Assembly: GCF_006345805.1 (NCBI RefSeq)
Contig: NW_021834055.1
Location: 1 to 27,105, forward strand
Source of the DNA: Octopus sinensis
Lineage: Eukaryota
DNA: 27,105 bases
Reading direction: 5' to 3'
Shown here in pieces: positions 1 through 11,526 of the stretch (its first letter is position 1; the number at the start of each line of letters is the position of its first letter). The notes beneath the pieces are model-generated. The model saw nothing but the letters and a program-made list of their open reading frames with translations. It was not told the origin of the DNA and did no database searches. Position numbers and translations under genes: made by a program.

Positions 1-139
1 GAGAATTTTTACACATATATGTAATAGGATATATATCATCGGTAGAAGTTAGAGAGTAAGTCAAAAGCTGAGAGTTTCGTGTATTGACACTTATGAAACA
101 CGAATTTTCCGTTGTCACTCTGCAACTTTTGACGAAATA

Positions 140-473
140 ACTTCTAAAATACAAAATTTTGTCAAAAATGTTAAGAGTAAATCCTGTTCTATGTGACACA
201 TTATACCAGTATCCTAAGTTTCAAAGTGTTTAGTTAAAAAAAAATTAAATAATCTGTACGTTTAATTAAATAGATCCGAAATGGATGAAAGGTAAAGTCG
301 ACCTTGGTGGAATTTGAACTCAGAACGTAAAGACAGACGAAATACTACTTCTAAAATACAAAATTTTGTCAAAAACGTTAAGAATATGCCCTGTTCTATG
401 TGACACATTCTACCAGTGTCGGAAGTTTGAAAGTGTTTAGCTAAAAAAAAAATTAATTAAATAATCTGTACGT
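140..473. repeat. Two diverged direct copies (140-260, 347-473) of an unclassified ~120-bp repeat, each followed by a SINE fragment
   Basis: acttctaaaatacaaaattttgtcaaaaa...tgttctatgtgacacatt...ataatctgtacg occurs twice. Confidence 0.85.
262..346 (-). mobile_element. Fragment of tRNA-derived SINE family M (OK/Meta-like)
   Basis: Reverse complement of the recurrent gttctgagttcaaattcc..aggtcgactttgcctttcatcc motif. Confidence 0.8.
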
Positions 474-576
474 CAAAGTCAACCTCGGCGAAATTTGAAC
501 TAACAATGTAAAGACAGACGAAATACCGCTACGCATTTCGCCCGGAGAGATAACGGTTCTGCCAGATCGCCGCCTT
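474..576 (-). mobile_element. SINE family M head
   Basis: Reverse complement of ggcggcgagctggcagaa..gggcgaaatgc..gcggtatttcgtc, matching the + copy at 22582. Confidence 0.85.
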
Positions 577-1187
577 AGAAAGAAAGCATTCATTTTAGAA
601 ATATATTCTTTACTCTTATTGCTTAGGCGTTACTTTTTATTTCCTTACTTACTGACATTAAATTTCGTAACATTTTACCTCATAACTGTTTTTCTACTGC
701 TTTTTATTCAGTGCGACTAACGATTCTGAATTCCTCATGCTTTTTTTCTATCATTTAAGCCTAAGAAAAGTATACTTTTAATTCAAAATTGAAAAATTCA
801 TATTAATTGAAGATAATTACCTTCCTTACTGCCCTCTTCAGGTCTGACATGTTTTGATGTAAATTTTTTCTACTGAACCAAATCTCAAACTATTTATGCC
901 AAAGAGTAGTTCAGGAGGTGTCCTCTTTAAAACTATTAACAGTTTGCAATTTAGTTGAGAACTAAATTAGTGGTGAAGCTTGGAAGCTGCTGCGATTGAC
1001 AAAATGGTGGACTTTAGAATATATTCAACCACTGCCGTGGTTGAATGATGCGGTGGCGGACTGGCCAGGTTACCAGCTTGCCCGATGGTAGATGGGTCCT
1101 ATATATGGGAGCTCATGTTAGTATCTAAGGAGCCCATCCCCTCAAGTTTGAGAATTTTTTGCTCACTCCTTGAAGAATTCATTAATT

Positions 1188-1588
1188 ACTAGCAGTATCG
1201 CCCGGCGTTGCTCGGGTTTGTAAGGGAAATAACTATAAAGCATTTTTAGAGAAATATAGCAAAAAAATAGCAAAAAAATGCATTAAAAATGGGGAAAAAA
1301 TGATGGTAAATTTTTTTTAAATCGTTGACTCACCGTAGACATTTTTAGAGAGTTACTCCCTTATATAATAGCGAAAAAATGCATTAAAATGGAAAGAACA
1401 TTAGGGTAAATATTTTTAAAATCGTAGTAGACTCATCGTAGACGCGCGCTAATCACCAGAAGGGCTCGATATGAATCACGACTATAAGATACCCGCTTTT
1501 GGTTAAACTGCACCGCAAAATGTGGGAGTAGTTAGGAATCTAAATCGTAGGAGACAGGACACACAACCTTACTTTTATATATAAAGAT
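1188..1588 (+). mobile_element. Non-autonomous Helitron/Helentron-like element, copy 1
   Basis: Starts ACTAG with a subterminal CCCGGCGTTGCTCGGG hairpin, has an internal ~120-bp duplication, ends cttttatatataaagat. An inverted copy lies at 5937-6335. Classification is by architecture only. Confidence 0.6.
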
Positions 1589-1675
1589 TTGTAGATAGTT
1601 AAAAAGAATACTTTTACACAAAAAAATAAGGAAAAATGAATTATAGCATTGTAGTTACTCAGTCCGCCACTGCAT

Positions 1676-1950
<275 letters not shown>

Positions 1951-2315
1951 GAAAAATACAAAAATCGAACAAGAACGCAAAACATCCAGAGTGTTAGGTG
2001 ATACAAAAAAGGGACAACAAACATCCAGACAGACGATACAAAGAGAACAAGGACGGGTCATTCGGAGTATCCTATCCTCAGTCGAGTTCCAGATTATCTT
2101 TGCAATTTCGGCTGGTTATACTCGAGATTGTTCCATTCTGGCCCGCTCCAAGGGACAACTAAGCTAAGAGCATTAGATTCCTTGGAAGAAAGCAGCGAAT
2201 GTATATGAAAACAAGAGATGCAGTGAAGTGAAGGAGGAGGGAAAGTGAGCATGAAGAGAAAGGCTAGGAAATGTGAGAGAGGGGGAACGAAAGAACGAAG
2301 AGTGGAATGAACGAA

Positions 2316-2400
2316 GTATATATGTGTGTGTATGTTTGTATGTATATATGTATACATACATATATATATGTGTGTGTGTGTGTCTGAGTATGTATGTATG

Positions 2401-2467
<67 letters not shown>

Positions 2468-2590
2468 ATATATATATGCTTATAAGTATTTATATGTACA
2501 CATATATGTCTAGATATCAACATACATTTGCGTGTGTGTATGTGTGCGTGAATTTGTGTGTTATAGTTATACACACACACACACATAGAA
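2316..2590. repeat. Compound (TG)/(TATG)/(TA)/(CA) microsatellite
   Basis: Direct inspection. Confidence 0.95.
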
Positions 2591-2904
2591 GCATACATTA
2601 TGGGGATGATATTTTCAACCCAGACGTTATAATCATATCTGATTCTTTAAGTGCTTCAATTTACGAGATTTTTGACATTTATCAATGGTTTTCCTTATGC
2701 CGATGTGCCATTTTCTATCATTAATAAAAACTGTCAGCATTTTTGCCGACACGGGTATACTAGTATATGTAGATGTAGGTACGTACATATATGTTTGTAT
2801 GTATGCATATATTTTTAATTATCACATTATTGTCTGCCAGCGCCCCGCATCAGGTTCGTTTCGATTTGTCGGTTCGTTCCACTTCTTGTCTCCTCCATTC
2901 AATT

Positions 2905-2994
2905 ATTTATATATATATATATATATAATATATTATATATAATATATATTATATATATATGGATGTATATATATATGTATATATATATGTATAG

Positions 2995-3026
<32 letters not shown>

Positions 3027-3105
3027 TAATATATATCTCATTTAGAGAATTATTATTGCTATATATATATATATATATATATGTGGTGTATGTATGTGTG
3101 TGTAT
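2905..3105. repeat. (TA)n-rich microsatellite
   Basis: Direct inspection. Confidence 0.95.
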
Positions 3106-3525
3106 TATACAAAGCTTTAAGACCTTGACAAACTCAGAGGGTACGTGTTAAACCAAGAAGCGGATAAGATGACCTTATTAATTGATTTATATCGAAGGAA
3201 TGCGAGAGGTTCAGTATGAGGGTGGCTATTTGGTTATAGCTATAGGGAAGCTATAAGAGTCAATAAAGGGCGTGGCTACATTGAAAGTAGAATGACATCA
3301 AGGTTACGAACAAGTGAATAAATGTTAATATTTCTGCCCCACCCACATTATTAACTTAAAACGCGTGACTGATATATGTGTACGCGTGTATATATGTGTG
3401 TATATGTGCACATGCGATTGTGAATGCATATACACTAATCCGTCGACAATCACGGGTGTTACGTTACAAAACCTCCCCACCCCCGCGATATGTGAAAATC
3501 CGCGAAGTAGGAACAGTATTGTGCC

Positions 3526-3652
3526 CTCTTTTACTCTTTTACTCTTTTACTTGTTTCAGTCGTTTGAATGAGGCCATGCTGGAGCAACGCCTTTAGTCGA
3601 GCAAATCGATCCCAGGACTTATTCTTTGTAAGCCTAGTACTTATTCTACCGA
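3526..3652 (-). mobile_element. 3' tail of SINE family C (CORE-type, OR-like), 5'-truncated
   Basis: Reverse complement of aagtactaggcttacaaagaataagtcctgg..gactaaaggcg..gctccagcatggcc..gactgaaacaagt, ending in (aaaagagt)n. Confidence 0.9.
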
Positions 3653-3724
3653 AACTTGAAGAATTCAATGAGACGTCTACCAAAGAGGAAAGTATCTGCC
3701 CTCAACAACAACAAGAACAATAAT

Positions 3725-3877
3725 CTTTACCATTACAGGCACAAGGTCTGAAATTTGGGGAAAGGGAACTCGTTGATTACATCTACCGCAGTATTCTACA
3801 GCAATTCATTTTATCGATCCCGAAAGAATGAAAGGCAAAGTCGACCTCGGCGGAATTTCAATTCAGAACTTAAAGAA
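3725..3877 (-). mobile_element. Diverged SINE family M fragment
   Basis: cgaaagaatgaaaggcaaagtcgacctcggcggaattt is the reverse complement of the family core. Confidence 0.8.
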
Positions 3878-3919
3878 CTAATCAATATAATCAAAGTCCA
3901 ACTGATCGATATATAAATC

Positions 3920-4158
3920 TGCGCATGTGTATGTATGTGTGTGTATGTGTGTGTTTATGTGTTCAAGTGTGTGTATCTGTATGTGTGTCTGCGTGTATGT
4001 GTGTCAGTGTGTCTTCTTTCCATAGATCTGTGTTTATGCGTTTAAATGTGAGTGTGAGTATGTGTGTGTGCGTGCATGTGTGTGAGTGTGTACGTGTGTG
4101 TGTGTATGTGTATGTGTGTGTGTGTGTATGTGTGTGTGTGTGTGTCTGTGTGTGTGTC
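3920..4158. repeat. Degenerate (TG)n tract
   Basis: Direct inspection. Confidence 0.9.
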
Positions 4159-4568
4159 ACGAACTTGTTTATAGTAAAAATTTCCACAAATTTTTACGTG
4201 CAACATTTGAAATCCTGTTTCTTTTTTTCAAATTCACATAAATCGTAGCTCCGACTACTTATTGAGCCGTCATGCACTCCCGGTGATTAAATGTTCCGCT
4301 CAGATGAACCAAAATCGAACTACTTAGGACTATGTGTTTCTGTCAACGACACACATACCTCTTGATATTTGTTTAAGAACGTCAAATTATTATACTCTCC
4401 TAACAAAGCAATCCGATTTGTTTTCTAAGACGCGCCTCTAACTAGTTTTACTAGTTTACTAAGACTTCTCGATAGTATATGAAGTAACTACTTCGTTCTT
4501 TTGTCCGGTTCTAGTCAAACTGTGTTAGGGGTACCGAAAAGTAGAGTTGCATTTTTAAGCAAATAGTT

Positions 4569-4621
4569 TGACGTCATAGTTGACAAGCCAATAAAAGATG
4601 TCCTTACAATCAACCAATCAG
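4569..4621. promoter_or_regulatory. Candidate promoter cluster: CRE palindrome TGACGTCA and two CCAAT boxes
   Basis: TGACGTCA 4569-4576, GCCAAT 4587-4592 and AACCAATCAG 4612-4621, all in non-repetitive DNA. A minus-strand AG|GTATGT donor lies at 4359/4358. Confidence 0.3.
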
Positions 4622-4829
4622 GATAGAGTTCATGAACAAACGATAATGTAGACGAGCAATGTGTGTGTGAGTGTGTGTGTGTGTGTATGCCTCGGGATGA
4701 GAATGACTTTGTGAGCTGCATATTTGGTGTTGCGTATTTTATGAATTTCGTAAGCGCATCTATGCAACACATGCAAGAGAAACCATATTTATTGTATATG
4801 CTGGCGGTGTGAATATTTGGAAATTCAAC

Positions 4830-5238
4830 AGGCGCAGGAGTGGCTGTGTGGTAAGTAGCTTCCTAACCAACCACGTGGTTCCGGGTTCAGTCCCACTGCG
4901 TGGCACCTTGGGCAAATGTATTCTGCTATAGCCCCGGGCCGACCAATGCCTTGTGAGTGGATTTGGTAGAGGGAAACTGAAAGAAGCCTGTCGTATATAT
5001 GTATATATATGTATACATATGTATGTGTGTGTGTGTTTGTGTGTCTGTATTTGTCCCCCTAGCATTGCTTGTCAACCGATGCTGGTGTGTTTACGTCACC
5101 GTCACTTAGCGGTTCGGCAAAAGAAAACGATAGAAAAAGTACTGGGCTTACAAAGAATAAGTCCCGGGGTCGATTTGCTCGACTAAAGGCGGTGCTCCAG
5201 CATGGCCGCAGTCAAATGACTGAAACAAGTAAAAGAGT
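4830..5238 (+). mobile_element. Full-length SINE family C (tRNA head, CORE-like domain, internal microsatellite, tail)
   Basis: A box TGGCTGTGTGG, B box GGTTCAGTCCC, CORE-like caccttgggcaa, internal (TA/TG)n, and a tail shared with several other copies. Confidence 0.9.
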
Positions 5239-5242
5239 ATAG

Positions 5243-5780
5243 TGGTTTAACAAGTTCAAAAACTGAATTCGATCTTTTGGGAGAGTATCAACCTGTTCTT
5301 AATAATGACGCTGTGAAAATAACAATTGAAGAGGATCTGCGTCAAAGAATCGGGGGCTTATTCCGGTGACTTAGTAAACCTTGGTTTTTCAGTGCAACAG
5401 ATTGGGAAAATGGGAAAGTGTATAGAGAAATAGAGTAGTCACATCATGAACTGTCCCCCGAGAATACAAGCCACATTCAACAAATATAAGCCAGGAAAAT
5501 ATAAATCCATTAGGCTGGGAAGTTCTGCCTCACTCTCCCTAATGAGCAAACCTAGCGCCATCAAATTTTCACTTATTCAGGTCACGTTGTCATTCTACAA
5601 GTGGAAAAACATTTACAAGCTGGACCGATGTGGAAACGGGACTCCATATTTTTTTCTCTTCTAAAGAAAATAACGATTTTTGCCTTAGGTATCAGAAAAC
5701 TAGAAATAATACATTTCTAAATATCTCAGAGAGGTTTATGCAGTAGTGGTACTATAGAGTAGTTGTATACTATCAATTTA
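5243..5780 (+). pseudogene. Degenerate mariner transposase relic
   Basis: Manual translation gives WFNKFK at 5243 and LGWEVLPHSP**ANLAPSNFHLFRS...GIRKLE from 5510, matching the mariner LGWEVLPHPPYSPDLAPSDFHLFRS motif. Confidence 0.85.
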
Positions 5781-5822
5781 ATGTGACAGTCCCATGAAGG
5801 GAATCATACTACTGCTATTTAG

Positions 5823-5936
5823 CCCAAGGCTACAAAGAAAAATCCCGGTGACGATTTGCTCGACTAAAGGAGGTGCTCCAGCATGGCCGTAGTCAAATGA
5901 CTGAAACAAATAAAAAGTAAAAGAGTAAAAGAATAT
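5823..5936 (+). mobile_element. SINE family C tail fragment
   Basis: gatttgctcgactaaaggaggtgctccagcatggccgtagtcaaatgactgaaac. Confidence 0.9.
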
Positions 5937-6335
5937 ATCTTTATATATAAAAGTAAAGTTGTGTGTCTGTCTCCTACTATTTAGATTCCTAACTACTCTC
6001 ACATTTTGCGGTGCAGTGTAACCAAAACCGGGTATCTTATAGTCGTGATTCATATCGAGCCCTTCTGGGTATTAGCGCGCGTCTACGATGAGTCTACGAT
6101 ATAAAAAATAATTTACCATAATTTTTTCCCATTTTAATGCATTTTTCCGCTATTACATAAGGGAAGTAACTCTCTAAAAATGTCTACGATGAGTCAACGA
6201 TTTAAAAAAAAATTTACCATAATTTTTTTCCCATTTTTAATGCATTTTTTGCTATTTTTTGGCTATAACTCTCTAAAAATGCTTATATAGTTATTTCCCT
6301 TACAAACCCGAGCAACGCCGGGCGATACTGCTAGT
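5937..6335 (-). mobile_element. Non-autonomous Helitron/Helentron-like element, copy 2 (inverted relative to copy 1)
   Basis: End-to-end reverse-complement similarity to 1188-1588. Confidence 0.6.
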
Positions 6336-6349
6336 GTATATATAAACAC

Positions 6350-6351
6350 AC

Positions 6352-6426
<75 letters not shown>

Positions 6427-6520
6427 TACGTTTATATAGATCTACACACGCACACACATTACATACATACATACATACATACATACATGCATGCATGCAT
6501 ACATGCATGAATGCATGCAT
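6350..6520. repeat. (GATA)n followed by (TACA)n/(TGCA)n
   Basis: Direct inspection. Confidence 0.95.
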
Positions 6521-6864
6521 GGGTGAAGTGATAATGAGTTACTAGTGTTCTTCACACAGATTCACACAAAAGTGTGCCATATGCAATCTTCCAGATTCCT
6601 TTTATGAAAGGCATCAGAAATATCGCAGATGTTTTGCGCGTGTCTGCCTATGCATGAGTAGGTGTAGGTGTGTCGGCGTGAATGCGCATGCGCATGTGTG
6701 TATCAGTGTGTGCGTGAGAGTCTGTATGTGTGTATGTGTGTGTGTGTACGTCTGCGTGTTTGTGTGGAACTTAAAGAGACATTCTAGTGAATCATTAACT
6801 CTTTGCTTATGAAGATAAAATCTGCAGCAGATATTGTATTCAATGGATCTTTCGATTGTGTAAA

Positions 6865-6871
6865 TAAATGT

Positions 6872-6930
<59 letters not shown>

Positions 6931-7245
6931 CATATGCGTGTGTAGGTATCTGTGTGCATATCTATTTATTTATATACATCTCTCTCTCTCTATATATATA
7001 TATATGCAAACATACATATATGTTTGTATAGGTATGTGTATATATATATACGTATATGCATATGTATTTATATATTATATATATGTATATTTATATATAT
7101 ATATATATATATATATGAATTTGTAGACAGACGGACGGACAGACAGACAGACCAATAGATAGATAGGTGTGTATATGTATATATGCATGTTTGTATGCAT
7201 GTATATATATATATATATACGTATGTATATATATATATATATATA
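6865..7245. repeat. Compound (TG)/(TA)/(GACA) microsatellite
   Basis: Direct inspection. Confidence 0.95.
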
Positions 7246-7418
7246 TATTAGAGACAAAACAAACAAGGAAAGACTTAATCAATACATAAAATTTTAATAA
7301 ATAGTCAAAAAAACCGTCAAATATATAGTGGCGGTTTTTTTGACTATTTATTAAAATTTTATGTATTGATTAAGTCTTTCCTTGTTTGTTTTGCAAAATA
7401 GTGGTTTTGTCTCTAATA
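7246..7418. repeat. Fold-back inverted repeat with perfect 62-bp arms (7255-7316 / 7332-7393)
   Basis: Arms are exact reverse complements around a 15-nt spacer. 7246-7260 also pairs with 7404-7418. Confidence 0.95.
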
Positions 7419-7509
7419 ATATTTTATAATATTTTACTATAAAATTGGATTTAATCCTAAATCTGATTTTTTCCCTGTAAATTTGGATTTATTCCCTAAT
7501 ATTTATTAT

Positions 7510-7746
7510 TATATATATATATAGACATGCACACATACATATATATAGACATGCACACATAACCACATCTACCTAACTATCCATTTATCTACATAGACGC
7601 ACACATCCATACACATTTTACATATATATGCATATGTACACACACACGCACATTATACATGCACGCACACTCTTACACACACATACACACACACACACAT
7701 ATATGTGCATATATAAACATACTTATCTATATATATACACATATAT

Positions 7747-7787
<41 letters not shown>

Positions 7788-7825
7788 CATACACCTACAT
7801 ACGCATACATAAATACACACACATT
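7510..7825. repeat. (CA)/(TA) microsatellite
   Basis: Direct inspection. Confidence 0.95.
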
Positions 7826-7829
7826 CATA

Positions 7830-8428
7830 GACGGAACATTCAAGACTTATCTGTGAATAACTCAGTAATTCTGAAGCAATCTGACAACCTGAAAGGTCCT
7901 CTACCCACAGGGAAGATCATTATCTCACAAAATATATAGGTAGCGGGTCGCTGAACTTTAGTATTTTCTAGATCTAGTTCAACCCCACTGACTTTGCACC
8001 CCACGGTTAAACTCATAAGGCTGTTAATTGAACTTACCATACAACATTATTCACCCTTTTGTAGTTCCAATGCTATCTATTCTAACAACCCTGAGCTGCA
8101 CTTTTGGAGAGAGAATTGCCTGACGTCTGACAGTTCGGACGATTTCTTGATAACATTGGAACTCACTGCCATTTTTTCAAAATAAGAATTATAGTCTTTC
8201 AGATTTTGTTCAGCTTTTATAAGGGTCTCCTATCGCCCACATACTCTGTAGCTCAGTTTTCCCCTTAGACATTCTGCGTTTTGTTATTCCACTTCCATTT
8301 CTCTTTTTATCTGTCTCACCGATAAAATATAATTACTAATCTTTCTCTTCTTAACTGCTTTACACAAAAGATTCAAAATTTACACGAAGTTATTATTTAG
8401 CACTAATAACCATTCCGAAGACCTGACG
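7830..8428 (-). pseudogene. Possible relic of a Penelope-like element ORF (region N-terminal to RT), copy 1
   Basis: A long minus frame with few stops contains MSK..., LIKAEQN, ELSD and GRGPFRLSDC..TE, weakly resembling the PLE motifs NLSKEE, IIKxADKG, QLSD and GRPIxSxCxxxTE. 8262-8428 is duplicated at 10745-10956. Confidence 0.35.
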
Positions 8429-8577
8429 TAGCTTGTTTCATTTATAATGGTATTAAGTATGCATGAATGAAATCATCAACATTACCCACTGGATGCCAAG
8501 TTACACTAGTCTTTTGTCTTCGTTGATTTCTTTCGTTAGAATCTTTCATTATCTTCGTTATGTTTTTTTCTTCTTAG

Positions 8578-8682
8578 GTTTACCAAAAGAAATGGAAAAG
8601 TTATTTTTTCTTTCAAAAAATACCGATTTTGAAGCACAACTTGGAGCCTTCGGAATTCCGCATGTCGTCTTAGAGCTAACAG
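8578..8682 (+). CDS. Candidate host-gene exon, 105 nt, phase 1-1: (G)LPKEMEKLFFLSKNTDFEAQLGAFGIPHVVLELT(G). Product not recognised; may instead be a terminal exon ending at TAA 8685-8687
   Basis: Strong acceptor tgtttttttcttcttag|G, open frame, ordinary amino-acid composition, donor CAG|gttaat (weak). Confidence 0.5.
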
Positions 8683-8695
8683 GTTAATACAAAAT

Positions 8696-8840
8696 CCCGA
8701 GGTCGACTTTGCCTTTCATCCTTTCGGGGTCGATTAAATAAGTACCAGTTACGCACTGGGGTCGATATAATCGACTTAATCCGTTTGTCTGTCCTTGTTT
8801 GTCCTCTCTGTGTTTAGACCCTTGTGGGTAGTAAAGAAAT
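8696..8840 (+). mobile_element. 5'-truncated SINE family M with 15-bp TSD
   Basis: aggttaatacaaaat at 8681-8695 and 8841-8855. Confidence 0.95.
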
Positions 8841-8923
8841 AGGTTAATACAAAATGTTCTTTATCCATGTAGCATAATTACAGCAACTTTATTTATGTCA
8901 CAACCTGCTGCATCTGGCACCTA

Positions 8924-9632
8924 TTCTTCTTCTTAATCCTTTTTGCTCCTTGTGGAACATAGGGCCTCAACAGTTGTTTTCCACTTTTTGCGGTCATTGG
9001 CATGTTTCTTGGCTGCTTCCCATGTCAGGCCGGTGGTCCTGAGCTCGTCCAAAATGCTCCGCTTCCATGTCTGCTTCGGGCGTCCTCACTTCCTTTTCCC
9101 CGGCGGGTTCCAGACAAGTGCTTGTCATGTCACATTTGAGGGTTCTTTCCGCAGTGTATCCCCGATCTATCTCCATTTCCTTCGTCTAATCTGAACATGT
9201 ATGGGCTCTTGTTTCGCCTTTTCCCACAGGTCGGTGTTTGGCACTCTGTCGGACCACTTCAGATGGAGGATCTGCCGGAGACATTTGTTGATGAAGGTCT
9301 GGATCTTCTTGTAGTTGCTGCAGGTGGCTCTCCATGTTTCAGGGCCATACAAAAGCACAGATTTTACGTTTGAACTAAATAAGCGGAGTTTTGTTCGAGT
9401 TGAGATGACAGTGGACTTCCATACCGGCTGAAGAATAGCGAAGGCTTGCCAAGCCTTCTTGCTTCTTGCTGTGATGTCCTCGTCTGATCCACCTGATTTG
9501 CTGATCTTGCTGCCAAGATAGACAAACTCACTAACGTCCTTCACAGGTGCCCCCTCGATTGTGATTGGCTCTTCCTGCTTGTTGTTGATACGCAGCACTT
9601 TTTTTTCCCGGCTGATCCTCAAGCCCACTCGC
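8924..9632 (-). mobile_element. 5'-truncated RTE-clade LINE (RT C-terminal region and 3' end)
   Basis: F.YLGS.IS..GG...DI.AR..KA..AF, TKLRLFSSNVKSVLLYG.ETW, INKCLRQIL...W.D.V.N..LW, R.RKWR.IGHTLRK, GRPKQTW; short (AAG)n tail; several stops. Confidence 0.92.
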
Positions 9633-10179
9633 CAAATTATGTTACTTAGAAAATGCATGACGGTTCACCGTCAACAAATATGTGATCCCAATAATTTTAA
9701 AATTTGATACCGTAAGCATTTTGATAGATGTGCAGGAATTCAGCAACCAAATTTTGAACTTTTACCACTATATCAATATGCAGAAAATATTACAACAAAG
9801 AATCGATAAAGAAACGTTTTTATTGTAAAATATAAATCAGGTAAAAATCATTAACCATATACTGGTACCTATTTCTTAGCCATTTTAAAACTGTTTATAC
9901 GTTATATTTCCTTTCTATTTTTGACTAGTAAAAGTACAAAAAATATGCATACCAACTTAATTTTGATCTATTATCATATACAATATTACGTTTAACCTAG
10001 GCTACTTCCAATTAACGCATTATATACAAAACTAAGACAAATAACAAGCCATTACGTACGTACATTGCCATGATTATCTTCTGTAAGAAGTGAAACTGGT
10101 TTGTAATTATGTACTTTGATGGATTTTTGTAAATTATTTACCTTATGAACTTGAATAAACTATCTTGAAATGGTTTGAG

Positions 10180-10640
10180 TGTAATAATACACTTTAGAAT
10201 TAACTCACTGTAATTTAAAAGGAAAATCGCATTTTCTTCTCATTTACAAAATAATATCTTAAATTGTAAGTGTAGAATGATTTCTATTGTCCTCTTAAGG
10301 GTAACTACTTGGTATGAAACGTTATCTAAAAGTATAGCTTCATTATAGCAAATAATACGCGTCGTTACATTGGATCTATTCCAATTCATTTAAGTGTCGT
10401 TACAACTTACATACATATTCTATATTAAGAATGACGTAATTCGAATAAACTAGCTAAAGACATCTTTAATTTCAGTTCTTCGAATGCACTGGGATATCAT
10501 AGCTAGAGCTCCTTCTTAGACTGGAAACCAAAGAGAATGCCGTTTATGTTCTACTAAAGTACTGCATTTATGACAAAGTAGCAAAAAATGCTAAACCTAA
10601 AAGAAGAATGAGCTGGGAGGCACAACTATTTCTCGCAAGC
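10180..10640 (+). pseudogene. Degenerate Penelope-like element GIY-YIG endonuclease domain
   Basis: With frameshifts it reads SSH..NIL NCKCR (10265), CPLKGNYL..NVI*K (10288), RYIGS (10366), FKCRYNLH (10389), HWDIIARAP..CRLC (10538) and MLNLKEE. This is the ordered PLE endonuclease motif series. Confidence 0.75.
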
Positions 10641-10956
10641 TATATCTAAGCTTGTTTTTGTCTACTACTAACTTCTAAACCATTTATCACCTTTAACTTA
10701 ATTTTCTTTTGATCTATGTCATTTTAAATGATGCAGTTCGATTACTCCTTAGACATCCTGCGTTATGTTATTCCACTTCCATTTCTCTTTTTATCTTTGT
10801 CTCGCCCATAAAATAAAAATGATAATCTTTCTCTTCTTAACTGCTTTACACAAAAGATTCAAAATTTACACGAAGTTATTATTTAGCACTAATAAACAAC
10901 CGGGGTTGCTTAATGACAATGCTTTAAATTATCATTTTCTTCTGATGACCTGACGT
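10640..10956 (-). pseudogene. Second copy of the 8262-8428 block plus flank; possible PLE N-terminal relic
   Basis: High nucleotide similarity to 8262-8428. Minus frames give MSKE*, KGDK, VVDK and EK*L, echoing LSKEE..ADKG..VV.D..AEKQL. Confidence 0.4.
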
Positions 10957-11526
10957 TTCAATGTGGTTATGCAATTGTCTACCTAACGATTACCGCACAA
11001 CATATTCGCTAGAGAAACGCGTGTAAAGAATATGTAATTTGTAAGGTTATAATAAGAAGATAAATATTAGAGCACCTGTTTTATTCTGCTCTCATATATA
11101 TGCATATCTGGATCTCATTATAGCATCCGACGTTTCATAGTGTTTGCCTCTTTAACTGGTAATAACACCATGAATTGATGTCACCCCTACCCTACCCTTT
11201 TTATTGACATTTACTACTATCTAATTGACTCTTTCGAAAAGTCTTGTTTCTTTTTCTTGTGGGTTGGGGAGTACCTGTGATACTACGAAATTTATGACCA
11301 ACAGCTAACTATGAGCTGTCAACTCACTTTGCTCTTTATTCTAAATATATATATAACTGAAGGATTAAAATTAATCAAAGCATACTAAGTATGTCTACCT
11401 GTTAGAAATAACTTTAAAAATTCTTATTTAAATCGCCGAAAAATAAATGGTGATGACTACAAAATCAACTGTCTGCAGGCAAATAGGCTAGGAGAATCTC
11501 CCAATATACATTCATGTATTTGGACT

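Noticed and set aside
8924-9632. TSD around the RTE fragment, or an intact RT gene
   Set aside because: No matching flanks found; the fragment is 5'-truncated with stops.
10012-10080. Minus-strand signal-peptide-like exon MAMYVRNGLLFVLVLYIMR after a good acceptor
   Set aside because: Stops after 19 codons, has no donor, and adjoins the PLE relic.
8262-10956. Direct repeats as the two pLTRs of a single Penelope element
   Set aside because: The interior has no recognisable RT on +, contains a host-like exon, and the repeat reads better as minus-strand ORF sequence.
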